DNA of 56,310 nucleotides, filler included, from Jimgerdemannia flammicorona (GCA_003990765.1; 3 parts of 3 records of this genome joined end to end with filler, not necessarily neighbours in it), one strand, 5' to 3'. Numbered from the whole stretch's first letter, positions 13,305-26,852 are shown. Notes: generated by a model not told the origin, from the letters alone. Translations and numbers: made by a program.

Positions 13305-14251
13305 TCTCCACTTCAACCGTCGTTTCGGGGTCCATACATCGCCGTATTATACATGGGTCTCGCTGAAATTTTCTGTGGCTTAGACTGTCAGCGTGAAATC
13401 GCTCACACAATGCATATGGAATGAGGATCATGGAAACTCAAGAATTCGCTCTGGGGGACGGGGCGAGGTCGGATTCCAAATTGGTCCACCGTTGACAGCG
13501 GGGTACCACCCGAGTAGTGTTTGGAAAATGAGGAAGGCTTCGTACATGGAGATTTTATGCACTGTCACCAAAGCGGAGTTTTGATTTGCATTCTGGGTTG
13601 GTCACTGGCTCCAATAACTCGTGTGTTGCATGCAGGTCCGAGGAAGGGTTTTATAATCGGAGTTCAAAGTGTCGTTAGCGTCCCACGTTGCACTCTTGCC
13701 TTGATCGGGTGGTTATGGTATATCACGTGACGTCTCATTGCGGGGAGGAGCGGGATGTTGCGTAGAACGTTTGTAGGCATTTGGCAGGAACCCCGATTAC
13801 ATAACGATCACGAATGCCAAAATCCATGTCTTTATCGGGTAGTGGTCGTTCCTTGCGACAATTAATCGACTGAACCGGTCAAAGATCGGTTGTTGGCGTG
13901 TTCTAACTTGGCAATTAACATTGTAGACACATGTTCGTTAGCGGGAAAATTAGAGTCGGAGGTCTGATGTCGTATTAGCCACGCAATGTAAATATTGACC
14001 GTGTATAGACGGCATTTTTGGCAAAGCGCGCTTTTTGAAATAGACTTTATGTGGAAAGGGTCATTCGCAATGGTTGTGTTTGTTTTTTTTTTTTTTTTTT
14101 TTTTTGCCGTCAGGTATATTTTATTAATCAAAGAGCGATTCTATTCTAGTAAAAATACACAAGCGATGGAATACACACTGGTGTAGGCGTAGGTAAAATA
14201 TTTTGCACTCATTCCGCCACCAGCTCAGTGAACATTGCTAAAGTTCTAGAT

Positions 14252-14957
14252 TTACTTCTTAAGGCCAACGCAAACCTCGGAACCGATGTCAAGGTTATCG
14301 CCACTCCTGTGAAGACCCTTATTCCAGTTGAAGAGGTTATCCATAGAGATGCCGTATTCTGCAACGACTTTCTCGCAGTAGTCGCCTTCAACGACCCTGT
14401 GGAACTTATTACAGGCACAATTGAACGTGCCCTTAGGGTGCCCAGCGATCTTGCACATGCCCGTAGTAGCGGGCTTCGTGGGCTCCTTCGTGGGCGTCTT
14501 CACGGGCTCCTTGGTGGGCTTCTTCGCGGGCACGGGCTTCTTCGCGGGCACGGGCTTCTTCGCGGGTACGGGCTTCTTCGCGGGCACGGGCTTTTTCAGG
14601 CGCACGGGCGAAGTCTTCATGCCCTTGATGTGAGTGCAGACGTAGGTGCCTATGTCCAAGTTGTCGCAATTCTCGTGGAGGCCATCGTTCCAGTCGAAGA
14701 GCTGGGCAAGAGTGATCCCGGCCGCCTCAGCAACGCGGTAACAATTGTCACCTTTGCAAACTGTTATGTGCGTAGAAAACCTCGTTAGGTCGACAATATT
14801 TGTGATGCGAGAATAAATCCGTATCAGTTGTAGATCAAAGCAGATACGAACCTTGATGGAACTCGTCGCATCTGGGATCGAACCTGCCTTTGGGGGCGGC
14901 GGCGGTAGTGGACACGAGGGCCAAGGTGACTGCAGCGGCAAGAGTGAAGAACTTCAT
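14252..14957 (-). CDS. Secreted two-LysM-domain protein (LysM effector-like, chitin-binding), 204 aa; exons 14957-14852 and 14760-14252
   Basis: Signal peptide MKFFTLAAAVTLALVSTTAAAP. The 91-bp intron 14851-14761 (GTTCGT...CTAAC...ACAG) restores the frame. Fungal Cys-type LysMs CDEFHQVCKGDNC...WNDGLHENCDNLDIGTYVC and CNKFHRVVEGDYC...WNKGL...NLDIGSEVCV flank a Lys/Pro linker. Confidence 0.92.
14478..14610 (-). repeat. Coding minisatellite: 18-bp (KKPVPA) x4 plus 12-bp KxPT/KEPV-type units
   Basis: cacgggcttcttcgcggg is repeated on the + strand. Confidence 0.9.
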
Positions 14958-15053
14958 GTTGAATGTTTTGAACGAGGTTGAGAGGATCTGATGTATGCGA
15001 GAAGGGGTTGTGGAATGCTGCTGGGTAAGGAGTGGAGATGTGGATGCCGGCTA

Positions 15054-15060
15054 TTTTATA
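15054..15060 (-). promoter_or_regulatory. TATA box of the LysM gene
   Basis: TATAAAA on the minus strand about 100 bp upstream of ATG 14957. Confidence 0.45.
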
Positions 15061-16549
15061 CGCAAGAGTGCTCCGTTCGGACACAAAATAAATTCGGTCG
15101 GATTTCCCAAGTTGCCATTCAAATCCTAAAGCGGCACTACAATTTGCTTCTTGACCAATCTGGTGCGGCAGACTGACTGCTCATCAGCTGACTGTGACAG
15201 CGACCCCTCAATGGACGTGTTAACGGGACTAACGAGACCGTGACGTCACCAACGAAATTGACCTGCGATTGTTGATTACAGATTGTAGATCGAGATGATA
15301 CAACAACAACGACGACGATTAAATAACGACGACGACGATGAATACGACGATGAGATTGTGACGCCAGCATCTCGATTGAGACAATCCTGTTCGAGACAAC
15401 CCATCCCAGTTCCGAACGCTAGATTTTCGTTCTCGCGGTCCAACCTTAATATTCTTCTGGTAACACCATCTAGTGTTTGCAACTCGATTTTAGTAAATCC
15501 TAACCTCCGCTGCGCTGGAAAGAGAGTCGCGTTAACAAGCTTTCTTCCGGATCCCAACCTGTGCGGTCTTTAGCACGTTAAGTCCTCGATATTGACAAAC
15601 GAGCGTTATTCGGAAAGTCGACGAAAGAGCTTGGGGTGTGCACGTCCGAAAAAGGGGAAAAAAGAAACACACGGAGTCTTCAAGAATTTATATCGTGCCT
15701 GTTATTCCTGGAAGCGCATGCAGGCTGAGTTTGTTTGACTTTTAAATAAATTCTCTTATTATTGTTATCACCGTTTCCTTTTGATCCGTCGCCGTTACCA
15801 GGTACCTCGTCACACGACTATACCAGCAAGCTTGTTGCGGCGGGGGATTCGGCAAGTGTGATTCCCTATAGCCATCATCATGGCTGGTCTGGGGCCGCTG
15901 TGCCGAAGGAACACACGCAATGTCCTTGAAGAACGCAAATCAAATTATTTCTTGATTATGATGGAAACTGTCACCCCGTTGTTTGGTAAGCACGTTGCAC
16001 ATCCCAAATCCAGTGGATACGGTGTTTGGCATGTGGGAGCCACCTCCTCAACGTGGGTTTTGACCACGCGAAATGGCTACACTAAGCTAGCCTGTCCTAT
16101 TAGCCGATCACGAGACATGCCGTCAATTAATTACGTCACGTGCGAATTTAACTGCATAGGGTTGGATTGAATTGTCACTGGATGGTTGAGTGTCCGTCGC
16201 TCAGTCGAGGTGTAAATTCAAAATACGAAAGAATGCACAAAGTTTCCGCATATAAATTTTTGTTATATTAGACCTAAGATATGCAATAGAATCAACTATC
16301 GATTTGTCTGGAATATTTGCCATATGCAAAAAGTTGGAGAGTTCACCTCAGCACATGCGTCAAATCATAAAAGTAAAGTGATCGTATTTTTTTTGGAACA
16401 CGCCAAATCGATCGACGGCTAATCTGATCCAAAGGAGAGTGGCGGTGGAATATTTTTATTTGAGATCTTATCATCCACGCGGCATAGTTTACCGCTGAAT
16501 CCATCACAACTTTAGCAAAAATAATTACAGTTGTTGGGATGGCAACTTG

Positions 16550-17909
16550 ATAAATCGCTTCTTCTGTTCGTCACCACAAGGTTATGAGCCCCGGTTAGTG
16601 GCTAGAAAATCCTCTAGTATATACGCTACATTGCAAGGTGCACGAGCGCGCCAAGTACAAGCGCCCACGGGCGAACATGGTCATTACCAGCCAAGGTGTG
16701 GTGAAGAAGCCCGCTAATGGCAACAACGAAGTCCTCCCTGGTGGCAGAAGGCGATTACGACAAAGGCGCCCGCCCAGGTGTTCGAGGCAATTACGAAGTC
16801 CTCCCTGGTGGCAGAAGGCGATTACGACAAAGGCGCCCGCCCTGGTGTTTGAGGCAAAGAAGCCCTCCCAGGTAGCGGAGGCAATTATGAAAAGGCTTTT
16901 TATAGCCAACGAGACCGACAAGGTCAGCGACACGGCCAGCAATGAGGCACAGCGGACGAGGCCACAGAAAAGGCCAATGAGATCAACGCGGCCAGTATAC
17001 ACGAGCATCCGCATCTAACAGAGATGACGGCGACGAGAAAGCCTTCCACGGCTCCCGCCGACGAGGCAAGAAACGCCAACAAGGTCAAAAGGGCAGCAAA
17101 CCGTTCGAAGGTAACTTGAGGGAAATATGGGCACCGCGAACGTGAATGCCGCAAAAATAATGAGCAACCACCGAAAGGGTAACAACCGCCGACGCCGAAA
17201 GGGCAACAACCGACGAGAAAGCCTTCTATGGCTCCCGCCAACATCATAAATTCCATAGGCGCGACGATAACAACGACAACTACGTCGACCAGGAACGACA
17301 TCCGTATCTAGTAGCGACACCCGCCAACAACATCAATGGCATTGAATTAAGTGGGAGCGACAGTATACGGTTATCCGGCTCCTATAACACCGATTGGGCC
17401 AGCGATCTCTACGATGGATATGACAACCGAAGCGGTTAATCACGGGACACTTTTCAGGCTGTCAAAAGCCTCTTGTACGGCATATACATTTCACATCTGC
17501 ATTACATACGTTGGTTGCATCCCTCATCAACGAACGGATTATATACATGGGTTACAGTTCATTTCTGCGGGTATTATAGGTATTTCGAAACACTTTTCGA
17601 CACGCGAAAATTCCTTAAATATAGGATTTTATAGTTGTAATTTTTTGGGTTACATGCAGTTCAAGTTTATTTTTTTTTTTGCATGCGTTATGCATTGATT
17701 TTTATTCTAGTTTGCATTCTTTTTTTTTTTTGGATACAGTTGATATTCTTTTTTTTGTTTTTGCGTACATATCTCCTTGAGCTCGATATGTAGGCACGTG
17801 ACTTTACGCCACATGTCATATCATCAGTTTTACGTCATTCATCAGTAACACGTGAAATACGCGACATACGCATTTTGAATAAATCGCTTCTTCTGTTCGT
17901 CACAACAAG
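16550..17909 (+). repeat. 31-bp direct repeats bracketing a 1.3-kb internally repetitive, probably decayed coding segment
   Basis: ataaatcgcttcttctgttcgtcac(c/a)acaag at 16550-16580 and 17879-17909. Inside are a ~67-bp tandem duplication (about 16726-16856) and gacgagaaagccttc..ggctcccgcc twice. Confidence 0.75.
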
Positions 17910-18716
17910 AGTGTTCCAAAAACTTAATAGGAAAATAATATTAATAATAAAGAAAGTCTGCGCAACCACCACCCGCAATTCTGCACAAAATATTTTGGCG
18001 GGATGTCAAAAGATAAGATGATTGGAGAGATGCATGCACCAAGTGCCCTTTGCTGTGCCAATCCTCGAATTTGTGCCTTCTCTTAATCTTATTCGCCAGA
18101 ACACAGATTCCTGGGTAAACTTTTATGATAAAATCGAAATTACAAAATAACCGGGACGATTAAACCAATATCCAAACATGTGGCGCCCGCTCGGGATATG
18201 TACAACAGGTCAAAATTTCAGAAGATGCTGCTGTCATTTCCCCTTTTGAAATGTTTAATAATTTTTACTGGTCATCGTATTCGAAAAACGTTAAAACGAC
18301 TTGTGGAAACTTTCAACCAACCTACGTTAGTGGGATGATTTTTCCCAATACAGATATCTGGTGTAATGAAAATTTCAATAGAATTTCTAAAAGACAGTTA
18401 TATCCCTGAATATCCCTGATGAAGAGAAGTATAAATAACTGAACAATCATATACAGATAATCTACCACAATATGAGTACCCAGCAAAAGATACCAAGAAC
18501 AACCCAAGAATAAGATTGCCAGTGCTGTCCTTATAGCTATCAAACACTAATAGAATTCTACCAAACTACCCTCTCTCAAATATCAATCTCTGCGACCCAG
18601 ACCCAAATGAAGCCCAATAACATCTTAGAAGAATTCAATATTTCCAGGTCTTCTGCTACTAATAAAATTAAAAGAGTACTATAAGATCAGATATCTTATC
18701 TTTTTTTTTTTTTTTT

Positions 18717-18816
18717 NNNNNNNNNNNNNNNNNNNNNNNNNNNNNNNNNNNNNNNNNNNNTTAATTAATTAANNNNNNNNNNNNNNNNNNNNNNNNNNNN
18801 NNNNNNNNNNNNNNNN
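18717..18816. other. Artificial contig linker N44-TTAATTAATTAA-N44
   Basis: Exactly 100 nt with a six-frame-stop core; identical to 37517-37616. Confidence 0.97.
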
Positions 18817-19049
18817 TTTTTTTTAAATTTTTTTTAAAGATAAAATAAAAATTTAAATATAATTAATTTAATTTTTAAATATCTCTAATATAAAATTATA
18901 ATATATTATTATATAAAATATATTTATTTAGAGTATTTTTATTTAAATAATTAAAATATAAAATTTAATAAAACATTGATTCAGTTTTGGAATATACTGT
19001 ATAGATAATCTTATCTAAAACTTTAATAACTTATATAAGAACTTAAAAA

Positions 19050-19960
19050 TTACATTGTTTGATTCTGATTTCTCTTAGAAGTTTCACCTATCTCACTATT
19101 ATAAGAACCAGCAGATTCTCTAAATATAATACTCTTAAGAATATCAAGAGAAGTACTAGTGTTCAAAGACTGAGTGTCTACTTCTCAACTTCTAGTAGCT
19201 TAATAAGACTCATTATACTCTCAGAAATAACAACTAAAAGAGATTTAAAAACAGAGAAAGAACTAAAAAATAGTGATAATAAAATAACAGCACTACTATC
19301 TATATTTATAGAATACCCAGAAGAAGACCCAAGAAAATTTCTAGATGTCTTAAAGGAATTGCAGTCTTAAAGAATCTTATACTCAGAAGATAAATTATAA
19401 TCTTCAAAGTATACCTGAGAGAACCAGTTAAAGGAATCTTTACCAAAATATTAAATAATCTAAACTCTGATCTAGAATAAGTTATAGCTGATAAATACTA
19501 CTATATAAAACAATATGAAGCTATCTTGTATTAGCTTATTGAAAAGTATTATGACAAGCAGCAGAAATTGTACTAAAATATTATAAATAACTATATAGTA
19601 TAGTACAAAAAGAAAGTCAAACATATCTGTGGACATCTAGCACTGCTTTGTCATGACAACTTATATAATTAGCCAGATACATCAGAAATAGTATATTTAT
19701 CTATATAGGACCTGAATACTTATATAGGACCTGAATACTTATACTGAACCAGAAATAACTGCCATAAATAGCCTTCTATAATTAGCTATGTAGCAATCAG
19801 GTAGCAACCACAACTGTATAAAATACCCAAAGACAAGAGTAAATAAACCTCAGTCCAAAATTCAGAACACATTTCAACTCTGGTTCACTTTCTGATATAA
19901 AGAAGAGTCTGAAAATCAAAAGCAAAAGACAAGTCTGCCTACTACACTTTGAGGGATATG
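19050..19960 (+). mobile_element. Heavily decayed retroelement-like remnant with an LTR-like core
   Basis: Nearly CpG-free and stop-riddled. 19785-19890 (actgtataaaataccc...caagagtaaataaacctcag) matches the core of the solo LTR at 9310-9355. Confidence 0.4.
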
Positions 19961-20492
19961 CCTGCCAAAAGCCACTTGATCCTAAAGGAATTGGATTGCA
20001 ACAGGAGAAATCCCCGCTCTAAAGCCACTACTAGGACATTGTGAGCTTTGCCATTTCCAATCCGGTCCACTTTCCGATACAAAGAACAAGTCCGTTTTTG
20101 GTTCGCTTGCCAGATAAGCCAGAAGAATCTGAGTTATTATTCAAGAGATCCGCCATTTCCAGAGAGCCCGAATCTTGCCACAAACCAGTCTATCTGACGT
20201 AACTTTGCAGTGGAGCCAGTCCTGATCAGGTGGCCTCATCAAGGGATAAAAATATGATTTCATCGGGATATCAGATGACTATATACATACGCGGGGTGCG
20301 AGCTAGGGGGTCATTGACGGAAATAAATAAACAAACATTTGGGTACGGGCTGTATACCACGTTCTAGCTTAATATCACACCTCTAATTTACGAGTGTGTA
20401 TGTTAAGGAAAGATTTTCAGTCATGCTAGCATGTTTGGATAAATAAGTGGGGCTAATTCATATGGAAGAACAAATGAATATAATAATTTTAA

Positions 20493-20541
20493 CTTGTCTG
20501 CAAATTAAAATTTGTCTGCAAATTAAAATTTGTCTGCAAAT
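20493..20541 (+). repeat. 18-bp tandem repeat, about 2.6 copies
   Basis: ttgtctgcaaattaaaat repeated. Confidence 0.75.
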
Positions 20542-20728
20542 GCGTTATGTCAGCTCTTCTAGGAGAACGTCTGAAGAGAGTCAAAAAAATGTAACCAGAA
20601 ACACCTTATTTTGGGATGATAGAAACACATACTGGAAAAACATGATAGCTTTCTATTGGATATTAGCAGAATATATGAACAAATCCATTGATACATAAAA
20701 TTTATCAAACAATTTAGAAATAAAGATA

Positions 20729-22204
20729 TTAAACAAGATCTTTTATCCGATACTTGGATTGAAGCTCAGTCACGGCGGGGTACACCTTATCCGGGAGGTC
20801 AGTCCATGCTATCCCATGGTTAATTCCATTGACAGGTACGATTACTTTTATCCAGATGCAAAGCCACTACATCGCCACAACGAAGTACGACGCCAAAGTT
20901 GCAAGACCTTTCAGATGTCCATACACACCGTAAATTGTTCCAACACAGAAACACCCACGCCGATGACCTTCTCCTCATGATAGAATCGAAGTTAGTGAAC
21001 TCCTCACCCACCAACCCAATTTCGCTGTAGGTACCCTCGTTGAACATTCCAACGGACTCGACCACTACGTCCCATTCGCACAACCCTTCCGCAGTCGTCG
21101 TCCCGGGGACGGAGATCCGCACCGTCTGCCTCGTGGACGCCGGGGTTTCGGCAGAAAGCTTCACGACCTTGCCGTTATTCGAGACGACAACGCGCGAACC
21201 AACCTTTGAGCGATCCCACTGAGGATCTTGGCTCCATCGATTTTGACTTTTCGATCCCCGGACGGGTGCCCCGTTGGGCACACGGTGTTCTTGCATGCGT
21301 GGTGACAAAAGGCCATATAGTGCGGAGACGTCTCCATAAACCCGTCGACCGCCTCCGTAAGGCTCTTAAGGCGATGCGGGCACACAAGGGTGAAGTCCAC
21401 ATGCCTCACCATGTTCAGCAGCAACGAATTATTTCCTAGTCGAAATTATACTGCCGCATCCCGAGACCATACTGGCGACATCATGCAAGACATCATGACG
21501 CTCCGCAATATCGGGTCCAGACTCTTCGGCATGCGCCCAAACCCAGTCGACGATGCACAGCAACAGGTCGTATTCGGGGGTGACGAAGTCAGAAACGTAT
21601 GGTGCAGTGAAAAGCAGCTGAGGAGCCTCTTCGGAAAGATTTGTCAACTCTCCAATGGCAAGCTTGCGAGTGTAGAAGGGGTTGAGGAGCACGGCTTAGA
21701 GGTATTTGCTGGCATCACTACATAGGATGGAGGCGGCGGCTCCGTTGAGGAGGGTTGAGGAGACACCAAAATCGGTAATACCCTGGGCGCGCTCGAGCAC
21801 TATTGCCATGAGCTTTTGGAGGAGAAGGAAACTTGCTGCGCGGTAAATGTCTACCGCGATAGTGACGGTAGTGTCGTCGATCGATTCGGTATAAATGAAT
21901 CCGAGGATGACGGTGAGCTCTAGGGAGTTGATGTCGTGGAGGACGTTTCGCTGGGAGATACTCTCTTGCATGTTACCGTACAGCATTTCCTTGAAGACGG
22001 GACACCTTTGGGGTCACATGGCATTAATGAATATTAGATAGATCTCCAAAAGCCATTAGACACAATCAAGAAGTGATTGAACGCACCTGGCAGCCAGCAC
22101 AGCACGGCAAGCACCAAGTTCGACGTCATCGGCGCAGACAATGGTGACATCATGGTAGGTAGTGTCCGTCCATATCTAAGACCACTGTTGGATTGTACGT
22201 CCAT
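20729..22204 (-). pseudogene. Pseudogenised tandem copy of the BTB-SPRY gene
   Basis: Collinear with 23583-25093, including the intron. It has a net 22-bp deletion in exon 1, an in-frame stop after SKYL and further frameshifts, and appears in the track as ORFs 21696-21986, 21429-21692, 21161-21424 and 20820-21308. Confidence 0.88.
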
Positions 22205-23582
22205 GTTTAGTCTTTGGGTTACAGCTTTGCTTGGGTTACCGATTCACGAGACGTCGACAGATGGCGCAGTGGGTTAATTGTCGATAATAAAAAGGGCAGT
22301 ATGCGCGGTGTGCCAGAAATTGTTGGATCTAGGTTAAAGAAGTCAATTACGGTATAAATTTATCCCATCAATTGCCCTTCCCACTGACGGATGTCGGGGG
22401 CTTGTTTTCATTTTCGTAGGATTATTTTGACTCCTTGTCCTCAACCTATTCGACGTCCTCATTCCACCTGCCCTTGGCTACACCCCGTTGAGAAAGAAAA
22501 TAACACCTCCACAACATCTAAATATCCGCCGTACACCGCCTACGTTATATACTTGGTTAATCTCAAGCACGATGTAAAACCTATGGCGCTTTCCGGCAAT
22601 GGATGTACAAAAAGAAGAACTTTACATTCGACGAATATCATGAGCGGTGGCTGTTCGTGCTGCTCTCTATGTAACAACTGGCAATGAGAATGTCGGCATA
22701 AAAATAATTTGGTGCTCAGGGCATTTTACACGACATTAGTGGGGAGCCGGGCAATACTATTTATTGGCGTCATCCATAGTTCTCAGTTATAAGAGTTAAA
22801 CCCAAGTTTATCGTATCCGTTGCCGATCAATAAAAACATGCTCGAACCAACTAGCGACATTTTTGAAGTTCACTGCGGGTTTTAATTGATCGTTTGTAAT
22901 TCAATATTAATATTTGGAAACCTTGGATGCATCAGAGGAATTGTCTCCGTAGAGCATCATTCGAAAAACCAAAAGGTGCACCTTCCACACATCCGACACA
23001 ATTTTCTCGGGAATCTGGATCAAAAGGTCTTCGATTGTCAAGATGCAAAATGCGGCTGATCCGGCGGCCTCATCAAGGTTAAAATTCTAAGTTCATCGGC
23101 ACAGCTTTATCAGCAACATAGGTGTGGACTTATAAATCGGAGATGACGCTCTGACGGTTATTCACGTATATACCAATATTTTGAGTACAGGCTGTGACTC
23201 TATATCACGTTCGGCTAGCTTACTATCGTAGCTCGGTTGCGGCAACAATTTGCGAGTTTGTATGTCAACGTAATATTTTCAGATTAAAAGGTGGGACTAA
23301 TACATAACCACTGCGAGCCGCGTAAGCTGATCCAACAGAACCTTTCCAGAATTTTTAAGCGCCACCACCAACAATTTGTATAAGTTTAAAAGGCAGAAAA
23401 TTGAGAGCAGAATATTCGGAACCTGAATAATTTTGTATTGGAAAATATGAACAAAGATAAAGAAACATGATAGACTTATAGCAGAGGGTATGAAAGAATG
23501 CATACATGAATCCATAAATACCCATCAAACAGCTAAGGAATGAACGAAGAGTTGCGTTCACAAAAAGGAGGCGAGACTAAAA

Positions 23583-25093
23583 TTAATCATGATCTTTTAT
23601 CCGATACTTAGATTGACCGCTTAAGGTCACAGCAGGATACACCTTATCTGGAAGGTCGGTCCAAGCAATCCCTTGGTTAACCCCATTGAAAGAAAGGGCA
23701 CAAGTACGGTTGGCTTTATCCAAATGGAAGGTCACCACATCGCCACTCTGAAGCATTGCGCCATATTCACGTGTCTCTCCCGACCCCCATACCTGCCGAA
23801 AATCTTCCCAACACTGGAATGCCCACGCCGATGAATTTTCCCACATGGTGCCATTGAAATTAGTGAACTCCTCGCCTACCAACCCAATCTCTGCAAAGTC
23901 CACCTCGTCGAAAAATCCGATGGACTCGACCACTACGTTCCATTCGCAGAGCCCTTCCTGAGTCCTCGTTCCGGGGACGGAGATCCGCGCCATCTGCCCC
24001 TCGGACCCAGGGGTTCCGGCAGAAAGCTCCACCACCTTGCCGTCGTCTGAGATGACAACGCACGAATCGACCTTTGACCGATCCCACTGAATTTTTTGAC
24101 TTTCTCGATTTTGACTTTTTCGATACTCGGACGGGTGCCCCGTTGGGCACACGGTGTTCTTGCATGCGTGGTGACAAAAGGCCATGTAGTGCGGGGACGT
24201 CTCCGCCAACCCGTCGACTGCCTCCGTTAGACTCTTTAGGCGATGCGGGCACACAAGGGTGAGGTCCACATGCTTTAACATGTTCAACAGCAGCGAATTA
24301 TTTCCTAGTCGAATTTTACCGTCGCATCCCGGGTTCATACTGGCGACATCACGCAAGACACCACGGCGCTCCGCAACATCGGGTCCCGGTTCATCGGCAT
24401 GCGCCCAAACCCAGTCGACGATGCACAGCAGCAGATCGTATTCGGGAGTGACGAAAGTAGACGCGTAGGGTGCAGTGAAGAGCAGTTGGAGAGCCTCTTC
24501 GGAGAGATCTGTCAACTCTCCTATGGCGAGCTTGCGAGCGTAGAAAGGTTTGAGGAGCGCGGCGTAGAGGCTCTTGCTGGCCTCACTCCATGGGATGGAG
24601 GCGGTGGCTCCGTTGAGGAGGGATGAGGATACGCCAAAATTGGTAATATCTTGGGCGCGCTCCAGCACCATTGTCATGAGCTTTGGGAGGAGAAGAAAAC
24701 TTGCTGCGCGGTAAATGTCTACCGCGATAGTGACGGCGGAGTTGTCAATTGATTCGGTGTAGATGAATCTGAGGATGACGGTGAGCTCTGCAGAGTTGAT
24801 GTCGTGGAGTACGATTCGGTGGGAGATGCTTTCTTGCTTGTTACTGAACAGCATTGCCTTGAAGACGGGACACCTTTAGGATCATGTGATCTTAATTAAT
24901 ATGAGATGGATCCCAAAAACCATGAGACGCGATCAAGAAATGAATGAACGCACCTGGCAGCCAACACAGCACGGCAAGCACCAAGTTCGACGCCATCGGC
25001 GCAAACAATGGTAACGTCATGGTAGGTAGTGTCCGTCCATAAGGAGGCAATGTCGTCCTTGAGGCTAAGGCCACTGTTGGATTGCACGTCCAT
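23583..25093 (-). CDS. BTB/POZ-SPRY (B30.2-like) domain protein, putative Cullin3 substrate adaptor, 476 aa; exons 25093-24954 and 24873-23583
   Basis: BTB: DVTIVCADGVELGACRAVLAAR|CPVFKAML...ELTVILRFIYT...IYRAASFLLLPKL. The 80-bp intron 24953-24874 (GTGCGT...AAAG) restores the frame. SPRY C-terminus: EWNVVVE...EIGLV...GDVVTFHLD...FNGVNQGIAWTDLPDKVYPAVTL. Confidence 0.88.
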
Positions 25094-26852
25094 GTTGAGT
25101 TTTTGATTACGGCTTTGTTTTGGGTTGCGGATTCAAGGTACGGTGACCGGTGGCGCAGTGATGATGACCCTAAATGTGACGGTTCCACAAAGATTGATCG
25201 ATAATAAATGGGACGGGATACGAATGCTTTGTAGAAGGAACGTGTTGGATCTATATGGGCGTGTTTGCTAAGGGATTCACTATGAAATGCGTCCGGGGGA
25301 CCGGGAGAGCCAGAAAGGCGACCTGTCGTAAGGGGATTCCTGGGATATCCGATCCCAGCTTGAATGCATCCGTTCTGAATGTACGCTGCTTTCAGATTTC
25401 AGACTGCCAAACTAGACTGCCTTTTTTTTAAAGCGGAAGAATCCAGTATTTATACATAATTTCCTTACTAAAAATACTACATGTATATGGGGATCCCGCA
25501 TAAGTCCGTTTATGCGCCCTTCGGCCCGCCCGAGATGTATTTTTAGCGGTTTCAACCTGCGTAGAACCGTTTCCGAGCCTTCTTCGCGTGATTCTAGATT
25601 ATCGTTCCACGGCCTGATTTGGACGCGTCAAATTTTGAGGCACGTGCCCTTACACTAAATAAAGGACTGGCCTGTTACACCTAAAAAAGTTGGATCTATC
25701 GAGACGCAAAGCAACTCTGTTTGCCGATTACGCGCTTCTTGGCTGAAATGTACGGAATTCCGAAATCTCAAATCTGAACGTTAGTATATTCGGCAAGCAT
25801 CCCATATTTATACATTATTTCTGACTAATACTTTAGCCCACGTAAGGTCATATAAAAAGGCCTCGAGAGTCGGACGGCTTGGCGTAGTGTCCGCACTAAA
25901 TCGCATCCTCGTCGTCACCGCCAATCCCGCGGGTGGTAATGATGGTAATTTCGGTGGACTCTAGGCCGAGCTTCTTGCCGATAACAGGGAAGAGGCAACG
26001 CACATGCTTGGCCTCACGTGATGGGACGAACGCGGTTTTCTCGGGTCTGGTCGGTGTGTTCTTAGTAACGATATGGCCTTCCATGGAGAGATCATACCGC
26101 TGGCTGATTCGACTTTTCCTCGAACTTGATCTTGTAGTTGACCCGGGTACCCATTACGGTAGCTGCTGGTACTGTTAGACCTTTGTGGTCGAGCTTGCAG
26201 AGAACTAACTTGGAACCATGCAGATTATTTTATGAAGAAAATTATTTTATGAAACACGCCGAACGTATGATGGTCTTGGTGATGGTGCGGCCCATTTTGG
26301 TGGTCCCTGCGAAAAAAATAAAATAAAGAGATTAATCGATGTATTAATATACGAGATAATCTAGAAACTATTTGAAAATTGTGGTGTGGACCTTGGTCTC
26401 GTCGATGGCTCGATTGGGGCGGCGAGGACGAGGCCGACTGGCGGGTAGGGATATATGTACGCGCGATTAGCTTGCGCGTGACGTATTCAGATGATTGTCA
26501 TTGGTGCCTGTCTGAAGCGGCTTCCAAATCATATGAGATTTCCGATGCTACGAATGCTTGATCAGCCTGAATTTATCGGCCTACGTACCTTACATATATC
26601 TATCTCCGTCGAAACGACTAATAATATATGCAGCCCGCATATGCACGATATTCCAACTAACAGTTTTACTTCCTATCTGTTAGGATTTGCAACTCGTTTC
26701 AAGTAATTTGTGGCTTAGGCTGACGATGACGTCGCAATATCCATGTCTTCATCGTCAATTACAATGCATAAAAGTGTGAAACATGTAATAGCTTGCTCTT
26801 TGTAAAGTAGAATATCCTATAATAATTACAATAGGTTATGAGCCCTGCTTTG

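Noticed and set aside
14228..14788. 186-aa plus-strand ORF with (LLRGHG)n repeats, and other overlapping ORFs
   Set aside because: Antisense shadow of the GC-rich LysM gene and its coding minisatellite.
15150..15200. Hammerhead-like CUGAUGA followed by a GCAG/CUGC hairpin on the minus strand
   Set aside because: The required GAAA after stem II and stems I/III are absent.
26821..26846. aataattaca and aggttatgagccc next to the transposon also occur near 16520 and 16579
   Set aside because: The matches are only 10-13 bp, on different contigs, and not extendable by eye.
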